A DNA stretch of 63,244 bases, the filler included, from Basidioascus undulatus (taxonomy: Eukaryota), in NCBI GenBank assembly GCA_000826855.1. It is 18 parts of 18 records of this genome, joined end to end, with 100 filler letters (N's around TTAATTAATTAA, not from the genome) between each part and the next. Parts side by side here need not be neighbours in the genome. Positions count along the whole stretch, not along the records: positions 49,182 to 51,445 come from JTLS01002842.1; positions 51,546 to 53,809 come from JTLS01002843.1; positions 53,910 to 56,172 come from JTLS01002844.1; positions 56,273 to 58,533 come from JTLS01002845.1; positions 58,634 to 60,891 come from JTLS01002846.1; positions 60,992 to 63,244 come from JTLS01002847.1; 12 more parts are not named here. The stretch is one strand, 5' to 3'. Of the stretch, positions 50,533-63,244 are shown piece after piece. How positions within the stretch are numbered: the first letter of the stretch is position 1; each line of letters starts with the position of its first letter. The translations under genes and the position numbers were made by a program. Below the pieces are notes generated by a model. That model saw only the letters and a program-made list of their open reading frames with translations, did no database searches and had not been told where the DNA came from.

Positions 50533-51219
50533 TGTCCCTCAAAAAGCGATAGATGATCCGGCCGGAGAAGGTAAAGAAGCGTGAAGTATGAGATCCGGTC
50601 TTCGCGCGACCATGCGATGCCAAGTCGCTCAGCCTCGAGAGTGTATGGCGAACGAGAGCTCGAGTGAAATCCGTCAGTGAGACGGAACGGGAGGGGCGCG
50701 ACTAATGGTGAGTGAGATTGTATAAAGCCAAGATGCACCGGCAATCGGACGGGGGATTGAGATGAGTCGTGTGCATGTGGGTGAGTGCGCGGTTATCTGA
50801 GGAAGTTTGTCAGAGGCAGGCCGAGGCGGGGTGTTCGGCCCGGGGCGTGTCGGGATGGGTCGGCCGAGGCGGGGATGGACGTTAGGTCCGAAGACGTGTG
50901 CAGAGGAGTGTTTTGTGTTGATAGAAACAAAGCGGCTACAAAAGAAGTCGTAGGGGGTGAGTACTCAAAACCATGGCAAGGCGGCACGGTGCGGAGGTAG
51001 ACAGACGGTGTGGCAAGAGCAAGCTTGGCTCAGGAACCGACGCTACCCAGCGCACGGACAAGCCCTGCAACCTTCTGCAAAGCAAGCCGAACCCTCGTTT
51101 GTAGCACAACCCGGAATGCAACAACTACTCTCGCAACAAACGTGAAAGGTGACAAGCAAGTACGTCCACACGCAAGTCCCGACCGTCTTCCTCCCCCCCT
51201 CTCCCTCCCATCCCCACGC

Positions 51220-51445
51220 TCAGCGCTGCATAAGCGCGTCCAACCCGCCCAAGCGATCCACCAAGCTCCGCGAGCTGATGCGGTGCGCGAGGCTCTTCCC
51301 TCCCGCCGTGGGCGCCGATTGCGCCGGTGCGCCGCCCATGCGCTCGACGAGGTTCCGCTCCCCGCTAGCGTTCCCACCCGCACCACCGCCACCGCCGTTC
51401 CGGCCCCTACCACCATGCACCCCGTAATGTTGTTGAACGCCTGTA
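51220..51445 (-). CDS. 3' end of a G/R-rich hypothetical protein
   Basis: ..GGRGRNGGGGG..RNLVERMGG..KSLAHRI..SLVDRLGGLDALMQR-stop. Confidence 0.4.
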
Positions 51446-51545
51446 NNNNNNNNNNNNNNNNNNNNNNNNNNNNNNNNNNNNNNNNNNNNTTAATTAATTA
51501 ANNNNNNNNNNNNNNNNNNNNNNNNNNNNNNNNNNNNNNNNNNNN

Positions 51546-51630
51546 CCCTTCCCGCTCCTGTATCCCCTCCTGTTGCCCATTAGCGGCCCTTCTCGCTCCT
51601 GTACTCTACCCCTCCTGTTGCCATTAGCGG
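51546..51630 (+). repeat. Two imperfect tandem copies of a ~43-bp unit
   Basis: CCCTTCCCGCTCCTGTA..CCCCTCCTGTTGCCCATTAGCGGC repeated twice at the contig start. Confidence 0.8.
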
Positions 51631-51769
51631 CGTCGCACGCAGAGCTCTCAACGCCTAACATAAGCAGCATGGGGTGACTGCTTGTGAAGCAACCCGATTC
51701 AAACCTAGGAGGCTCAAAATTTTGGACATGGGCATGGCAGATTGTATGCTACGGGCAGGGCATCCAAGC

Positions 51770-52054
51770 TGTTCTTGGTCGTGAGCCGTATCGTGGCTGA
51801 GTCTAAGGGCTTCGAGTACAGCACTAAGAGGGGCGCCGCGAAGCAGAACAATATTTTCGCCGAGGTTGAGGGAGGTGGTCACTCAAAGGTCACACTGGAC
51901 CCAGAGGAGCACCAGGCGTATGCTTGGCTTGAGGAGGGGGACAGGCATCGACAGTTACCCCAGAACCGAGGGCATGAAGTCCATTGTAAATCACGTGTTG
52001 CAGTCATTTGACACGGCCATTCGGACATCTTCCCACAATCACTGTCTTACTTGA
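51770..52054 (+). pseudogene. Nudix hydrolase C-terminal remnant
   Basis: LVVSRIVAESKGFEYSTK..FAEVE..VTLDPEEHQAYAWL, followed by a frameshift; no Nudix box upstream. Confidence 0.5.
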
Positions 52055-53078
52055 TGCATCTTGGTACAATCACTAACGCTCGATGCAATGCACTGTCATG
52101 TTGACTATAAGGAGAAGCTTGCCTGCCATTGTTGATCTATCGTATTTATAGTATTGAATGACCAAATTTTCTCCGGTGATATCATTGATTTGGTGTACCG
52201 ATGGGGCGGCGCTCTGTAGATCTGAGGGGAGTGGAAACTTGTTGTAGTCCGCAGAGACAATACAGGTAAAAGAGATCGACACAGACATTGAAGAGCCACG
52301 GGCTACACGGGAATTATTTTCATCAGTATTTAGAGGGCTCAAAAGTGCTTTATTCTTAGCGTCAGTCTGCATTTGCGAAGGCAGGGGTAAGCACTCGATC
52401 ACGATTTCACGGCAACAGAGGGTGAGCCGGAATCGCTGACATACGTAGATGAAAGGAAGGTGATCAGTCAACATAACATAATGCTAGTGTGGGGAGCATA
52501 AAGTGGGTTGACCTTGTGAAAGATGCGCGGTGCCTCCTATGCTGGTTCAGGTGGGGTCATCATGGTGCGGCATGGCTGCGCCAGCCTTGTCGAGACGTGC
52601 TTGTTTGAGAGCAGCAAGGTCGCAAAGTGTTCAAGAAACGATGTAACTCTTTCGAACACGGCTTCATGAGCGTGTATATTAGCGTAAACTTGACATGTTC
52701 ATGTTAGGCTAACTGTTCGAGGCCGACAAGACGAAGACCGACGTGAGGGCGGCGTTTGGAACTTCCGAGCTGAGATGACGGCCAGATGGTCATTTGTGAG
52801 CTCTCCAATACCGGAGTTTCGATTAAAGACGATGAATGGCGAAATTATCAGTATGAGCTGCGCGTTTTTGTTGTGCAAGTGCAGTCCGGGATCATCCGAC
52901 GGGACGAAAAGAGGTGGTCGCGCGCACAGTACCGTGGTGGACAGACGGAGCACGCTGACAGAGGCGCGAGAGCCAGCCCAGTTGGCCTCTGACCTCTCCC
53001 TTCACTTGATCGATCAATCTCCCTTCTCTTTTTAACTCTCTGACCTCGCCAGAAGGCGCCAGCAGCTTCAGAGCTCCC

Positions 53079-53809
53079 ATGGCTGTCCTTCTCGATCTCC
53101 TCGACGAGTTGCTCGTCCAGATCATCCCCCTCACGCCCCTCGAGTCCTCAGAGAAGACAGACCCTCGCTAGACTTCTCTCGCCTTTCGCAGGTGTGCCGC
53201 CGCTTGCGGACTCTCACCGGGCCTTTCATCTTTCGCGCACCATATCTCAGCTGGACCCCGGACGATCAGCTTCCTCTTTTTGTGCGTTCCATCGCGGCTT
53301 GCCCTGCCCTTGGCGCCCACGTTTGCTAGCTGTCAATCAAGTGGTTCAACGAAGGCAAAATGGATGAGGACGCCGAAGAGGGAGAGGGCGAGGATGAGGC
53401 CGACGAGGAACACGCGGAAGAGAATGTAGAGGCGGACGCGGTAGAGGTCACGGACCACGAGGACTTGGACGAGGTGGCCAAGCTTTTCGTGTCTACTGCA
53501 AAAGCACGCGGGCTCTACGCTGGCATGCGCGTCTCGCTTACTTAAGGCTGAGGCGGCTCTCATCATCCTTCTCCTCCATTTGCTTTCCGATCTTCGCTGC
53601 CTCAACAGTGACATGCTCGTGGAAGCCGGCTTCTTCGATGTCGCCTTTTCTGGCACTCCCTCGTGCGCTCTGCTGCAAGGTCCTGCTCTCCCTGCGCGAG
53701 CTTCGCTTGCCAAACGTCGACAATCTGTTGCGCTGCGTGTCCGACAGCTGCTCGTCGAGCAGAAGGCACCCTTGCCCCGCAAGTCGAGGGATGAGAATAA
53801 TGTGCATAG
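53079..53809 (+). pseudogene. F-box protein pseudogene
   Basis: MAVLLDLLDELLVQII..SQVCRRLRTLTGPFIFR..FVRSIAACPALGAHVC*LSIKW..LLLHLLSDLRCL, with several stops and frameshifts. Confidence 0.7.
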
Positions 53810-53909
53810 NNNNNNNNNNNNNNNNNNNNNNNNNNNNNNNNNNNNNNNNNNNNTTAATTAATTAANNNNNNNNNNNNNNNNNNNNNNNNNNNNNNNNNNN
53901 NNNNNNNNN

Positions 53910-54030
53910 ATGCGGGGAGGGGGGAGAAGACGCTGGGCATGGGGATGATGGAAGGGGGACGCACGACGACCTCGTCCGTGTCCGGGAGCGAGTCCCGCAG
54001 GATGTCGGCGATCTGGAAGCTCGACACCAT
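53910..54030 (-). CDS. First exon of an unidentified gene
   Basis: MVSSFQIADILRDSLPDTDEVV followed by a GTGCGT donor. Confidence 0.4.
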
Positions 54031-54551
54031 CTTGTGCAGGGCGTTCGAGCAGGGAAAGTGCGAGAGAGACGCGAAAGGCGACTGCAGAAGACCAAGAAGG
54101 CTACGGCAGGCGGCGACTTGCCGCGAGTTCAAAGCCTTTAAGCAAGAATGGTATTCTCATAGCCGAAACACCTCGTCCGTCCACCAAAGGACCGCAGCTT
54201 GAAACAGGCCACACATACCTTTCCACACACTTCATGTGTAAGTTCGCGGACAAACCATCACCCATACATCCCCATGTTCCAAACACGGTATATTTCCGAG
54301 TCCTCGTCGGCTGTGCGCAACGCACGAACAGTCGGTCGAATAGCCAGTCCGAATCTGAACGACGACCCTGACGATTGGCAGTGCACGAACTAGCGTCAAC
54401 TGCAACCGGGCCTTCCCGCCCCTCTTCTCACCCTCCATCACAACGCTCATCATCCTCCTATCCAACACTAACACGCACCTACTCATCGCTTCCCAATCCT
54501 CATACATCGCACTGTCTTTACTCACTCCATCGATCGCATCCCGTCGCTCCC

Positions 54552-56080
54552 ATGCTGCAAGCCTTCTCGCTCCTCAGCGCCGCCAGCGCCGTGCTCGCGA
54601 GCGTCCACGTCCCCCTCCAGCGGCAGTCCGTCCCTCTCACCCACTCCACTAATCCCCCCCACCCCCATTTCAAACTCCAGCTAAAGCACTGTCTCACATA
54701 CGCAGGTCGGACGTCCCCGACCTCGCACACCAGTACGCGCCCCAAATCCAGTTCCACCCAGACGAGCAGTACTTCTCGAGCTCGTGCGTTCCTCCCTCCT
54801 CCCCCTCGTTCCCCCATTTCTCCCTAACCCTCCTCTCCAAAGCATCGACGCCTTCCTCTCCCGTGTGCACGCCCAAGGTCCCTCCCATGCGCCCCTCCCG
54901 CAGCCCGCGCCCCTCACGCGGCACAACCTCGCGTCGTCCCTCCCCAATTTCGGCAGCGACGCGTTCCAGGTGGACAAGAACACCGATGCCGACCCGGTTA
55001 CGGACAGGGATGGGAACCTGCCGGAGGAGTTTGGGTGGATGCGGGGCGAACGCCCGGAAGGCGGGGTGGGCCCGCCTGTGTATGTGCTCAGGGCGGGGAG
55101 GAAAGGGGGGGAGTTCGATTTGTACTACTGGTGCGTTGAGGGGGCGCGATGTAGAGGCGGTGGAGTGCTGATAAGAGGGACCTGGGGAACAGGCTATTTT
55201 ACCCGTACAACTTGGGCAAGGTACGAGCCGGCAGCGGCGAGTGGAATCTTGCGACTGCAGAGAGCGTGCTGAGACGCCCCGCAGGTATACCCCGGCCTCG
55301 AAGATTTCGGATACACAGGCGACCACCTCGGCGACTGGGGTGCGCTCTCTCCTCTTCTGCCTAGTCCCACCTACGCACACCTGACATGTCCTTCGCCCGC
55401 GGCAGAGCGCATCCGCATCCGCTTCTCGCCCGACGAGAAGCCGCAGGAGGTCGAGTACTATGCGCGTGGGTCGCCCCTCTCCTTCTTTCCTTCCTTCCCT
55501 CCCTCCATCTTTCCCTCCTTCCTTCCTTCCCTGTCCCTCTTCCACAAGCCTCAATGCTGAGCCGCGTCACTGTCCGTCGTTCCCAGACTCCGGCGGCCAA
55601 GGCCAAGGCCCCCTCAACTGGGACGACCCGCTCCTGACCAAGATCGAGGGCACGCACCCGCTCGTGTACACTGCGAACGGGAGCCAGTACGTCCCTTCTC
55701 TTCCCCTTCCCTCGTACCCTTACCGCCTAATCCTCACCTCTTCCTCCCCCCGCCCCTCCCTGCAGTGGACTGTGGTCCTTCCGCGGCGAACATGTCCGTC
55801 CCCCCTGTTCCATCCTCCCCTCCCCCCCTTGGCTTAAAGCATTCACATGGTCGCGCAGATTTACGAGACCGTAGCAGACAAGTACCCCCTCTCCGACCTG
55901 ACCGCCGACGGCGGGGCCGTCTGGTCGGCCTGGCGCAGCCCGCTGGAGGTGTACGACTGGTCGGCCTCCGCCTCAGCGGGGGATTACGAGGGCGACGGGG
56001 CGTGGCTCGGCTTTGGGGGCAAGTGGGGAAATCAGGGACAGGGGGAGTGCGGGAAGCCGGAGGGGGTGAAGGATTGTCCG
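54552..56080 (+). CDS. Secreted Vps62/DUF946-like protein (3' truncated)
   Basis: Signal peptide; YAPQIQFHPDEQYFSS; DLYYW/LFYPYNLGK; GDHLGDWE; HPLVYTANGS(H); WLGFGGKWGN. Confidence 0.8.
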
Positions 56081-56272
56081 GTGAGTGCGCGGGAGGAGGG
56101 GGAGGGAGACAGGGGAGAGGTTTCCAGGGGGGAAGGCGAAGTTGAGGTCGCGCAGGGCGAAGGTGTGGTCTGNNNNNNNNNNNNNNNNNNNNNNNNNNNN
56201 NNNNNNNNNNNNNNNNTTAATTAATTAANNNNNNNNNNNNNNNNNNNNNNNNNNNNNNNNNNNNNNNNNNNN

Positions 56273-56342
56273 CCCCGTCCGGGAATCGAACCCGGGGCTG
56301 GGCGGTGAGAACACCCGATGTTAGCCACTACACCAACGAGGA
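56273..56342 (-). tRNA. tRNA-Glu(CTC), intronless; last ~2 nt lost at the contig edge
   Basis: TCCTCGT TGGTGTAGTGGCTAACATC GGGTG-TTCTCAC-CGCCC AGCC CCGGG-TTCGATT-CCCGG ACGGGG cloverleaf. Confidence 0.95.
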
Positions 56343-56619
56343 CGTGTTCAGGCTTAAAGTATTCTCAACTTAAAAACAGCCCTCGGTCCTTGCCCATTGA
56401 CAAGGCCCCCTATATGTCTTTGTCATGCGTGGGTTAGTTCACAGGCACAAATAAAGTAACCGACAGGTAGTATCTATTTACCCCGGTTCTCTACAGCGGC
56501 AATTGGGCAAACAAACCACTGCATCAGGCCGTTTCGTGCACTTCGAGATGCACTCACCAGTGAGAAAACTCCAAGCCTGGAAGACTATACATTGTTCTCA
56601 AAAGTTATTCAGCAGCGGG

Positions 56620-57691
56620 CGCCAGCACCCGAACCCTCTTCGGAGACAAAATCAAGCAAGACCCGCTGGCCACTGTCACAGCGCAACCCCGAGATGAACC
56701 CAGGCGACCTGGTATGCACCTGCAGGAGAGGTGTGGTCTGTTGTGTACGAGGAGTCCTGGTGTTTAAGCAGTGCGTTGTGCTCTCCGCTAGACAGGCACA
56801 TACACACTCACATGGTCATATGGGAAGTAAGACTCAGTCTTGCTCTTTTCGAGCTGCCGACTCGAAGTGGTTAAGGAATCGCACACCCGTCTCGTTCGCA
56901 ACGAGTTCCATGTAGTCCACAAACTGCAAGAGACCGCTGCTGTGAATGGGGCCTCAGAGAAGAGCGAAACTGAGCGACTGCGTACACGAGGTGGTGAATT
57001 GACGATTGTCGTGCTCCCCTCATAAGGATTGCTGGGCTAATACGGGTAGAGTGTATTATCAGTTCCGGAGGCTGGACTGGAAAGGGCCGAGAACTCACGG
57101 TCTGCGCCAACAGAACAGGAGTCGCACCGACAGCCAAAGCTGACTCCACGAAGGCCCCGAATGTCCCTGCGAGAAACCAACACCCAGTTAGCGCATCTCC
57201 ATTTTTGTTATTTGTACAGAAAACTGACGCTGGGAACGTTTTGACCACTTCCACCGTTCCGTCTTTGAGGGTGACGGTCTGCGTCTCATCGCCAGTGCCT
57301 CCCACCGAGGCCCGGTCGCTCGTGCTGGGCGATCAGCCGTCATTGTGCCCAAACTCGATTACAACATCTTTGCAAAATAAGAAATCTTTCCCAGTGAGAC
57401 CGCCTAACCTCGAGGACAGTATTTAAAGAAAACGACTCACAGTCGCCCGCTTTCAACGGCCCTACCACCTCCGCCCAACGGCCTTCGCGGGTAAAAGCTC
57501 CGGGCACTCCGGGCACTGACGGCCTTGTTGACGATCTGTATGTAGAAGAGCGACTGCCCAGCGGAAACGCCCCACCCCTGGATGTCCTCTGAGGCCGCGT
57601 GCCTGGCTATAGTGCTGTCTCCGACGAGGCAAAGGGTCTCGGCGGCAGCGAAGCTTGACAGGAGGAGGAGCAGGATGTGTAACCCGAACAC
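56620..57691 (-). pseudogene. Rhamnogalacturonan acetylesterase (CE12, SGNH) pseudogene
   Basis: Signal-like N-terminus without ATG; LVGDSTIA..QGWG..VNKAVSARSARSFY [frameshift] EGRW..GD/VVIEFGHNDG*SP..DHTSPAGAYQVA. Confidence 0.82.
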
Positions 57692-58249
57692 GATGGCTGA
57701 GCAAGAGGAGTGAGTGCGAGATGGAAAGAAAGAGTAACATTAGATCCGACAGGGCCCAAACAACCATTTATTTGGAAGAAGGTGGGGGTAATGAAAGTCA
57801 CGAGCCTGTCTGCCCCTCTCTTAATAAGAGGGGGCGAGGCAAATGTCGGGCAACGTCTGGAGAGATCTCCCGCTCACTGGCAGACCGCGTCTGCATTGCA
57901 GTAACAGGTCGAACGAAGTTGTTGGGTACAAGGGTCCGGTTACATTCCGACTTTTCCCAACCAAGAGTCATTCGGCCCCTTAAACCATCTTGACACAAAG
58001 TGAACAATGTGCAATAAACCCCCCCCTCCCCCCCTGGGACTGTGACGACAGTGATTGTTGGGACTGCTCCCCGACGCCTCATAGGAGCAGCTCTGATATG
58101 CGTAGTTGCGCTTGGTTCTCCATTGTCTGTTGTAGGTATGACTTGACAGGGGCCAACTCAGGTGAGAACATGCTACATAATACATTTTGCCAGTCCATCA
58201 ACGAAACCAAAGTCCTTCACAAGCGACCAAAGAGCACCACGTCGACAGC

Positions 58250-58533
58250 TCAGTCCGACCTGTCGTTCTCGTCCGAGTACCGCCTCCGCCTCGCGGGCGG
58301 CGGCGAGCGCGAGCGCGACCTCGACCTCGAGTAGTCCCTCCGCCTGCGCGGCGGGGGCGAAGGAGAGCGCGAGTCGGCACGGCCGCGGCTGTCACCGCGA
58401 CGGGGACTGGGCGAACGCGAGTCGACGGAAGGCGAGCGACGACGGCGCGGCGGAGGAGAGGGAGACCGGCGGCGGGGCGGAGGTGAGTCGTCGCGCCTGC
58501 GAGGCGGCGGAGACTCGTCACGCCTGCGAGGCG
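58250..58533 (-). CDS. 3' end of an RS-rich (SR-related) protein
   Basis: [49 protein letters not shown]-stop. Confidence 0.65.
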
Positions 58534-58633
58534 NNNNNNNNNNNNNNNNNNNNNNNNNNNNNNNNNNNNNNNNNNNNTTAATTAATTAANNNNNNNNNNN
58601 NNNNNNNNNNNNNNNNNNNNNNNNNNNNNNNNN

Positions 58634-60891
58634 CCGCCGCGCGGGCCGCCGCGTCCGCCTGGGCGGCATCGACGGCGTTGGGCGGCTGCGGCCCGCCGAA
58701 CGGACGGTCGTGCGGCGCGGGCGGGGTGATCCCGCCGTTGATCTGATTCGGGGGGCCGGACAGGCCCTGCGAGCTGGCGTACGCTGTCGGGTGGACGTCC
58801 TGCGGGACGGGGGCAGCGGGGATCTGGCCACCGTTGGCCTGGACGTTCTTGAGGAGTTGGAGGCGCTGCTTGATGTGCGGGTTGCTCGGGTCCAGGTCGG
58901 CCGCGCGCGCGTACGCGTCGATCGCGTCCGAAATCTGGTTGTTGCAGCTCTCGTAGAGCGAGCCGAGGTCGAACCAGACCTCGGAGATGTACGGGTTGAG
59001 GCGGATCGCGCGGCTGTAAGCGTCCAGCGCGTCCCTGTACTGGTTGATCTGGTAGTAGAGCACGCCAATCGAGCACCAGAACGTCGGGTTCCGCCCGTCC
59101 CGGTAAACCGCCTGCTGGTACGCCTCGTACGCCTTGTTGAACTTCTGCCCCGCCATGTACGCGCGGCCGAGGAGATACCAGCTCTGTGCGTCCGAAGGGT
59201 CTGCAATGGCAGCCGTGGGAAGTCAGCAACAGTCCCGGGTGTGAAAGGCAGCCATCGGCAATCCACGCACCCGCCTCAAGCGACTTGGTCAGATACTGAA
59301 TAGCGAGGTCCTGGTCCGCGAAGCTCGCGCTCGTCTGGTGGTAGAGCCATCCGAGCTGCTGGAGGACCTTGGCGTGCGCCGGGTTCTCCGCCAGGACGCG
59401 CTCGTACGCCTCGCGCGCTTTTTGATACTGTTTGTCACGCAACGACATGAGCGTTCCATTCGAAAGGTTGGAATAAAGAGCAGAAGTGAACACGCACCTC
59501 CTTCTGCTGCTCATACACGTGCCCAATCTGGAACCAGATGTCAATCTCGGACAGCGGGCGAGGAGGCGAGTTGAGGATGTAGCGGAAGCACTGCAATGCC
59601 CTCATCTTATCAGCCCCCGTCTCGCTTTCACATGCGCCACGCAAGGATGGAAGCAACACAACGCACCTCCAAACTCGTCGTGTACTTCTGTTGCTGCTTG
59701 TAAATGATCCCGAGGCGGAAGTAGATCTCGTTGGCCTTTTCGAAATCTGAAACGAGACAGTAAGGAAGCAAGGGGGCGTTAACGCCAAGCGCCCAGTAAA
59801 GGGAGAAGGGAGAGGAGGCAGAAGGGGCGCGGCATGTCGCGGGGCGGAAGGAACGGGGAGGGGAAGGGAAAGTGTGCCGGACCTGGCGCGATCTTGATGA
59901 CGCCCGCGAACGCCTCCTCGGCGTGCTCGAGACTGCCGTAGCGGTCGTAGAGGATGCCGATGCCGTACCAGAGCTTGGGATCTTGGAGCTGTTGGTGGAA
60001 GGAAGATGCGTCGGCGAGATGGGGAGATGGCGCTTTAGGAAGAAGGGACGCACCTTGGCTTGGGGCAAGTGGTACAGCGCTTGCTGGTATGCGGTGTAGG
60101 CCTTTTGCAGGTCGTCCATCATAAGATATGAGTGGCCTGTTCCGCCATACCAGGGTGTCAGCCAATCTCTGCCGGACTATGCGCAATGCAGAAGAGAAGA
60201 CAAGGCGCACCGAGCGCGCCCCAGATGTCGCCATTGTCCTGCTGGATGTTCAGAGCACGCTGGAAGTACTCGACGGCCTGTGGAACAATAACCAGATCAG
60301 TGCCCGCCCAAAAGTCCACATGGAGAAAGAGACGACTGCGCACCTTTGGGAAGTTCTCGCGCAGACGCGCAATGCCCGCCACGCCGGTGAGACCCGGGAT
60401 CGAGTACGGATTGTGATTGAGCGCATTCTCGAACGACGCCAGCGCCCGGTCGAGGTCGCTCATTTGCTCTGCGGCAGCCGCTGCACAACGAGAACGGAAT
60501 GTCAGTCAACCGGCTCCTCGGCGCACAAAGGCGATTGTGCGATGCGTGATGTGCGCTCCAACGGCATTGTGATTGTTGGATAAATGCGGATGCGTAGGAA
60601 GCACAAAGGCGAGGGTGAGTGAGACGGGCCCAAGGACGGCATCTGGAGCAAGACAAGCAGGAGATGCGGAAGTCGGAAGGAAGGGCCCCAGCGCGGGCAT
60701 GTGCCTGAGCGACCCCAGTGCAAAAGAGCAACACGACGCAAACACGCAGAGAGAGAGGATGGAGAGGAGAGACGCACCAGATGCAAGCCATGCCTCCTCA
60801 TTCGCCTTTGCGAGCTTCTGCAGCGTTGTGAGCGGGCCCGCGGCCGAGCCGGGCGCGATGGGCGCGCCGTTGGGGCCACCCGCCGACGCTG
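58634..60891 (-). CDS. CYC8: General transcriptional co-repressor Ssn6/Cyc8 (TPR region; both ends truncated)
   Basis: LAKANEEAWL; FENALNHNPYS; DDLQKAYTAYQQALYHL; DPKLWYGIGILYDRYGSLEHAEEAF; EIYFRLGIIYKQQ; AYQQAVYRDGRNPTFWCSIGVLYYQINQYRDALDAYSRAIRLNPYISEVW. Confidence 0.97.
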
Positions 60892-60991
60892 NNNNNNNNN
60901 NNNNNNNNNNNNNNNNNNNNNNNNNNNNNNNNNNNTTAATTAATTAANNNNNNNNNNNNNNNNNNNNNNNNNNNNNNNNNNNNNNNNNNNN

Positions 60992-63244
60992 TTCATTCAG
61001 GTTGCATGTGACTTCCCTCATCGTTCCCCTTGACAGCTTCTCCGAAACAAAACTCTCCACACTGTTGTTCTTTCGGTCACGATAAAAGGGGCACTTCATT
61101 GTCTCTATTTTCTCTTGACGACGATGATCATACACTTGCTACTTCTCAGCAGAAGAGTGCTATCCTCTCTGATAGGTTATGAGCCCGCACTGCGCCTAGC
61201 CTCTACACAATGATGCACTCTCTCTCCTCTGTGAGTATTAATTACTCTGTGCGCCCTCTGGACAACAAGCTCAAATTGGATACCACCAATTTCGACAGCT
61301 GGTCCGTGCATATGGAGTCCCTCCTCACTATTGCTCGCGTTCATGGCATCATCGACAGCTCTCATCCTCGCCCTCCTTCCGTGCACCTCCCTAACGAAGC
61401 CGACGATGCCAACGCCAGCTTTGAGCATGGCGATGCTCCTCTTTCCGCCGCCTCTCCTTCCCTTGCTGAATCTACAGCAGGCCAGCATGCCATCACCAAC
61501 TGGCTCGAGGCCAATAGCTTCGCTCTCTCTCTCCTCTGACTCTCCATTGACTGCTCACTGGTCAACAGCCTCCTCTTCGGTGTCCGCTCCGCCAAGGTGG
61601 CCTGGGACAAGGTTCACACACATCACTGTCCCATCACACACCACACCAAGGTCTGTCTCGCTATGCGCCTCTTCTGCCTCCGCCTGGACAAAGGAGGATC
61701 CATCCCCGAGCATGTCAAGGAGTTCCAGGATGTCATCAACAATCTTCTCATGCTCAAGGTCAAGCTCCCTGACGAGATCCTCGCCTCTTTTCTCCTCGCC
61801 ACGCTCCCGGAGTTCTATGCCGCATTTGTTACCATGCTCGAGAATCGCGACTCTGAGCTCACACTCGAAAGTGCGATCAGCGCACTCGTCCAGGAGGCAT
61901 CTCATCATGAGGAGTTTGGCTCGAACAGCGCTGCTCATCTCACCAAAAAGGACAAGGGCAGGAGTGACCGCACCTTCATCAATTGTTTCAGGAGGTGCAT
62001 TGACACCAGTAAGCCGCCGCCTGATCCATGTACTTGCAGGGAGATCCATTGGTGGATACAATGTCCGATGGGTGGATGCAAGTCTGCCAACATCGCTGTC
62101 ACCTCGCCCTCCGCATCTCTCATTCCCTCCCGGCTCCTAGCCTAGCGCACCAGCGGTGTCCACCCCGTCTAGCAACCTCGCATGCGCCGCTCAGCTTCCA
62201 ACAATCTCTGAGCTCGAAACCAGCGACCTGGGAGCGGCCTGGGTCGCTGCCACGGACGGATTCGCTGTGCCGAGCCGCGATGGTTGGTATTACGACTCTG
62301 GCGCATCACACATGATGTCCAGCGACGCTTCCATCTTCGCCACGCTCAGGCCCATCATTCCGGAGCCGATCTCACTCGCAGGCAAAGGGCAGACTATCTA
62401 TGCCACTGCAGTCGGCTCAGTCGTCGTCCCCACACTGGACGGAAACGGGCGCCCGCATGTGATCAGCTTCTGCAACGTCCTCTATGGCCTGGACATTGGC
62501 ATGAACCTCATCTCCATCTTGCGCCTCACTCGCCTCAGCTTCCATGTCAGCTTTGCAAGCGATACGGTCACTGTCTCGCACAAGGACAGCGTCATCATCG
62601 CCTGCGGCATCCGAGATGGAAGCCTCTTCCGCCTCACGCAGCCACCTGGACCGATCGCTGTCACGGGTGCACCCCTCGCTGCCTTCGCCGCTTCCCTTCG
62701 CGTACCAGCGCTGACCATCTCCACCTGGCATCGACGCCTCAGGCATCTCAACTTCAAGTCAGTTAAAGCGCTAGCATCCAGCGGCCTTGTCCATGGGTTG
62801 AATCTCCTTGGTGATCTGTCTACATGCGAATGTCAAGCATCTGTTGCTTGGAAGATGCATCATCTACTGTTTCCGGACTCCACCTCGCGTGCCTCTACTG
62901 TTGGCGAGCTCATCCACTCGGACCTACTGGATGTCTCTCATGCCTCCCTCGGAGGGAACCGCTACATCCTCACCTTCGTCGATGACCACTCACGGAAGCT
63001 CTTTGTCTACCTCCTCCGACACAAGTCGGACACCTTCGCACGCTTCCAGGAGTTCTACGCACTCATTGAGCACCAGACTGAGCACAAGCTCAAGGTCCTC
63101 CGCACCTACAACGGTGGCGAGTATGTCTCCTGTGCATTCTCTGCCTACCTCGCGAAGCATGGCATCCGCCACGAGCGGACGATGCCCTACACACCCCAGC
63201 AGAATGCACATGCCGAGTGTATCAACCTCTCCATCGCCAACACC
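60992..63244 (+). mobile_element. Degenerate Ty1/copia retrotransposon 5' part: LTR (to 61174), PBS, gag-protease-integrase
   Basis: PBS GGTTATGAGCCC; KLDTTNFDSWS gag; WYYDSGASH protease; LWHRRLRHLN; LIHSDL..FVDDHSR..LRTYNGGEY..YTPQQNAHAE integrase. Contains stops and frameshifts. Confidence 0.95.
61175..61186 (+). promoter_or_regulatory. Copia primer-binding site complementary to the anticodon region of initiator tRNA-Met
   Basis: GGTTATGAGCCC immediately after the LTR end; the half-tRNA priming type known from copia/Ty5. Confidence 0.85.

Overview
This is not one chromosome segment. It is 18 draft-assembly contigs (seventeen of about 2.3 kb and one of 22.8 kb at 21534-44342) joined by artificial 100-nt N44-TTAATTAATTAA-N44 spacers. 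The source is a GC-rich, intron-dense basidiomycete fungus; the dominant GTGCGT splice donors suggest Pucciniomycotina. Housekeeping genes can be rebuilt by manual splicing: BUD31, LSM3, U1-C, HSP78, a Fus3/Kss1 MAPK, RVS167, SDO1, ALG1, VPS33, mitochondrial EF-Ts, GAL10, CYC8 and tRNA-Glu(CTC). Several uncharacterised fungal families are also present. Accessory genes are frequently pseudogenised (P450, ubiquitin-like/KPVIY family, F-box, rhamnogalacturonan acetylesterase, PAF-AH, Nudix), and there are degenerate, CpG-eroded copia and Ty3/gypsy retrotransposons. Main observations: (1) a ~7.8 kb inversion (about 31925-39740) shown by two genes each split across both breakpoints; (2) unusually long, structured last introns with shared motifs in the spliceosomal genes LSM3 and BUD31; (3) a copia family with non-canonical TA...TA LTR ends; (4) a contig bounded by a 144-bp coding inverted repeat leading into two diverged paralogous tails; (5) an ALG1/VPS33 back-to-back junction lacking both 5' halves. 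All calls come from reading and translating by eye; no database searches or folding programs were run.
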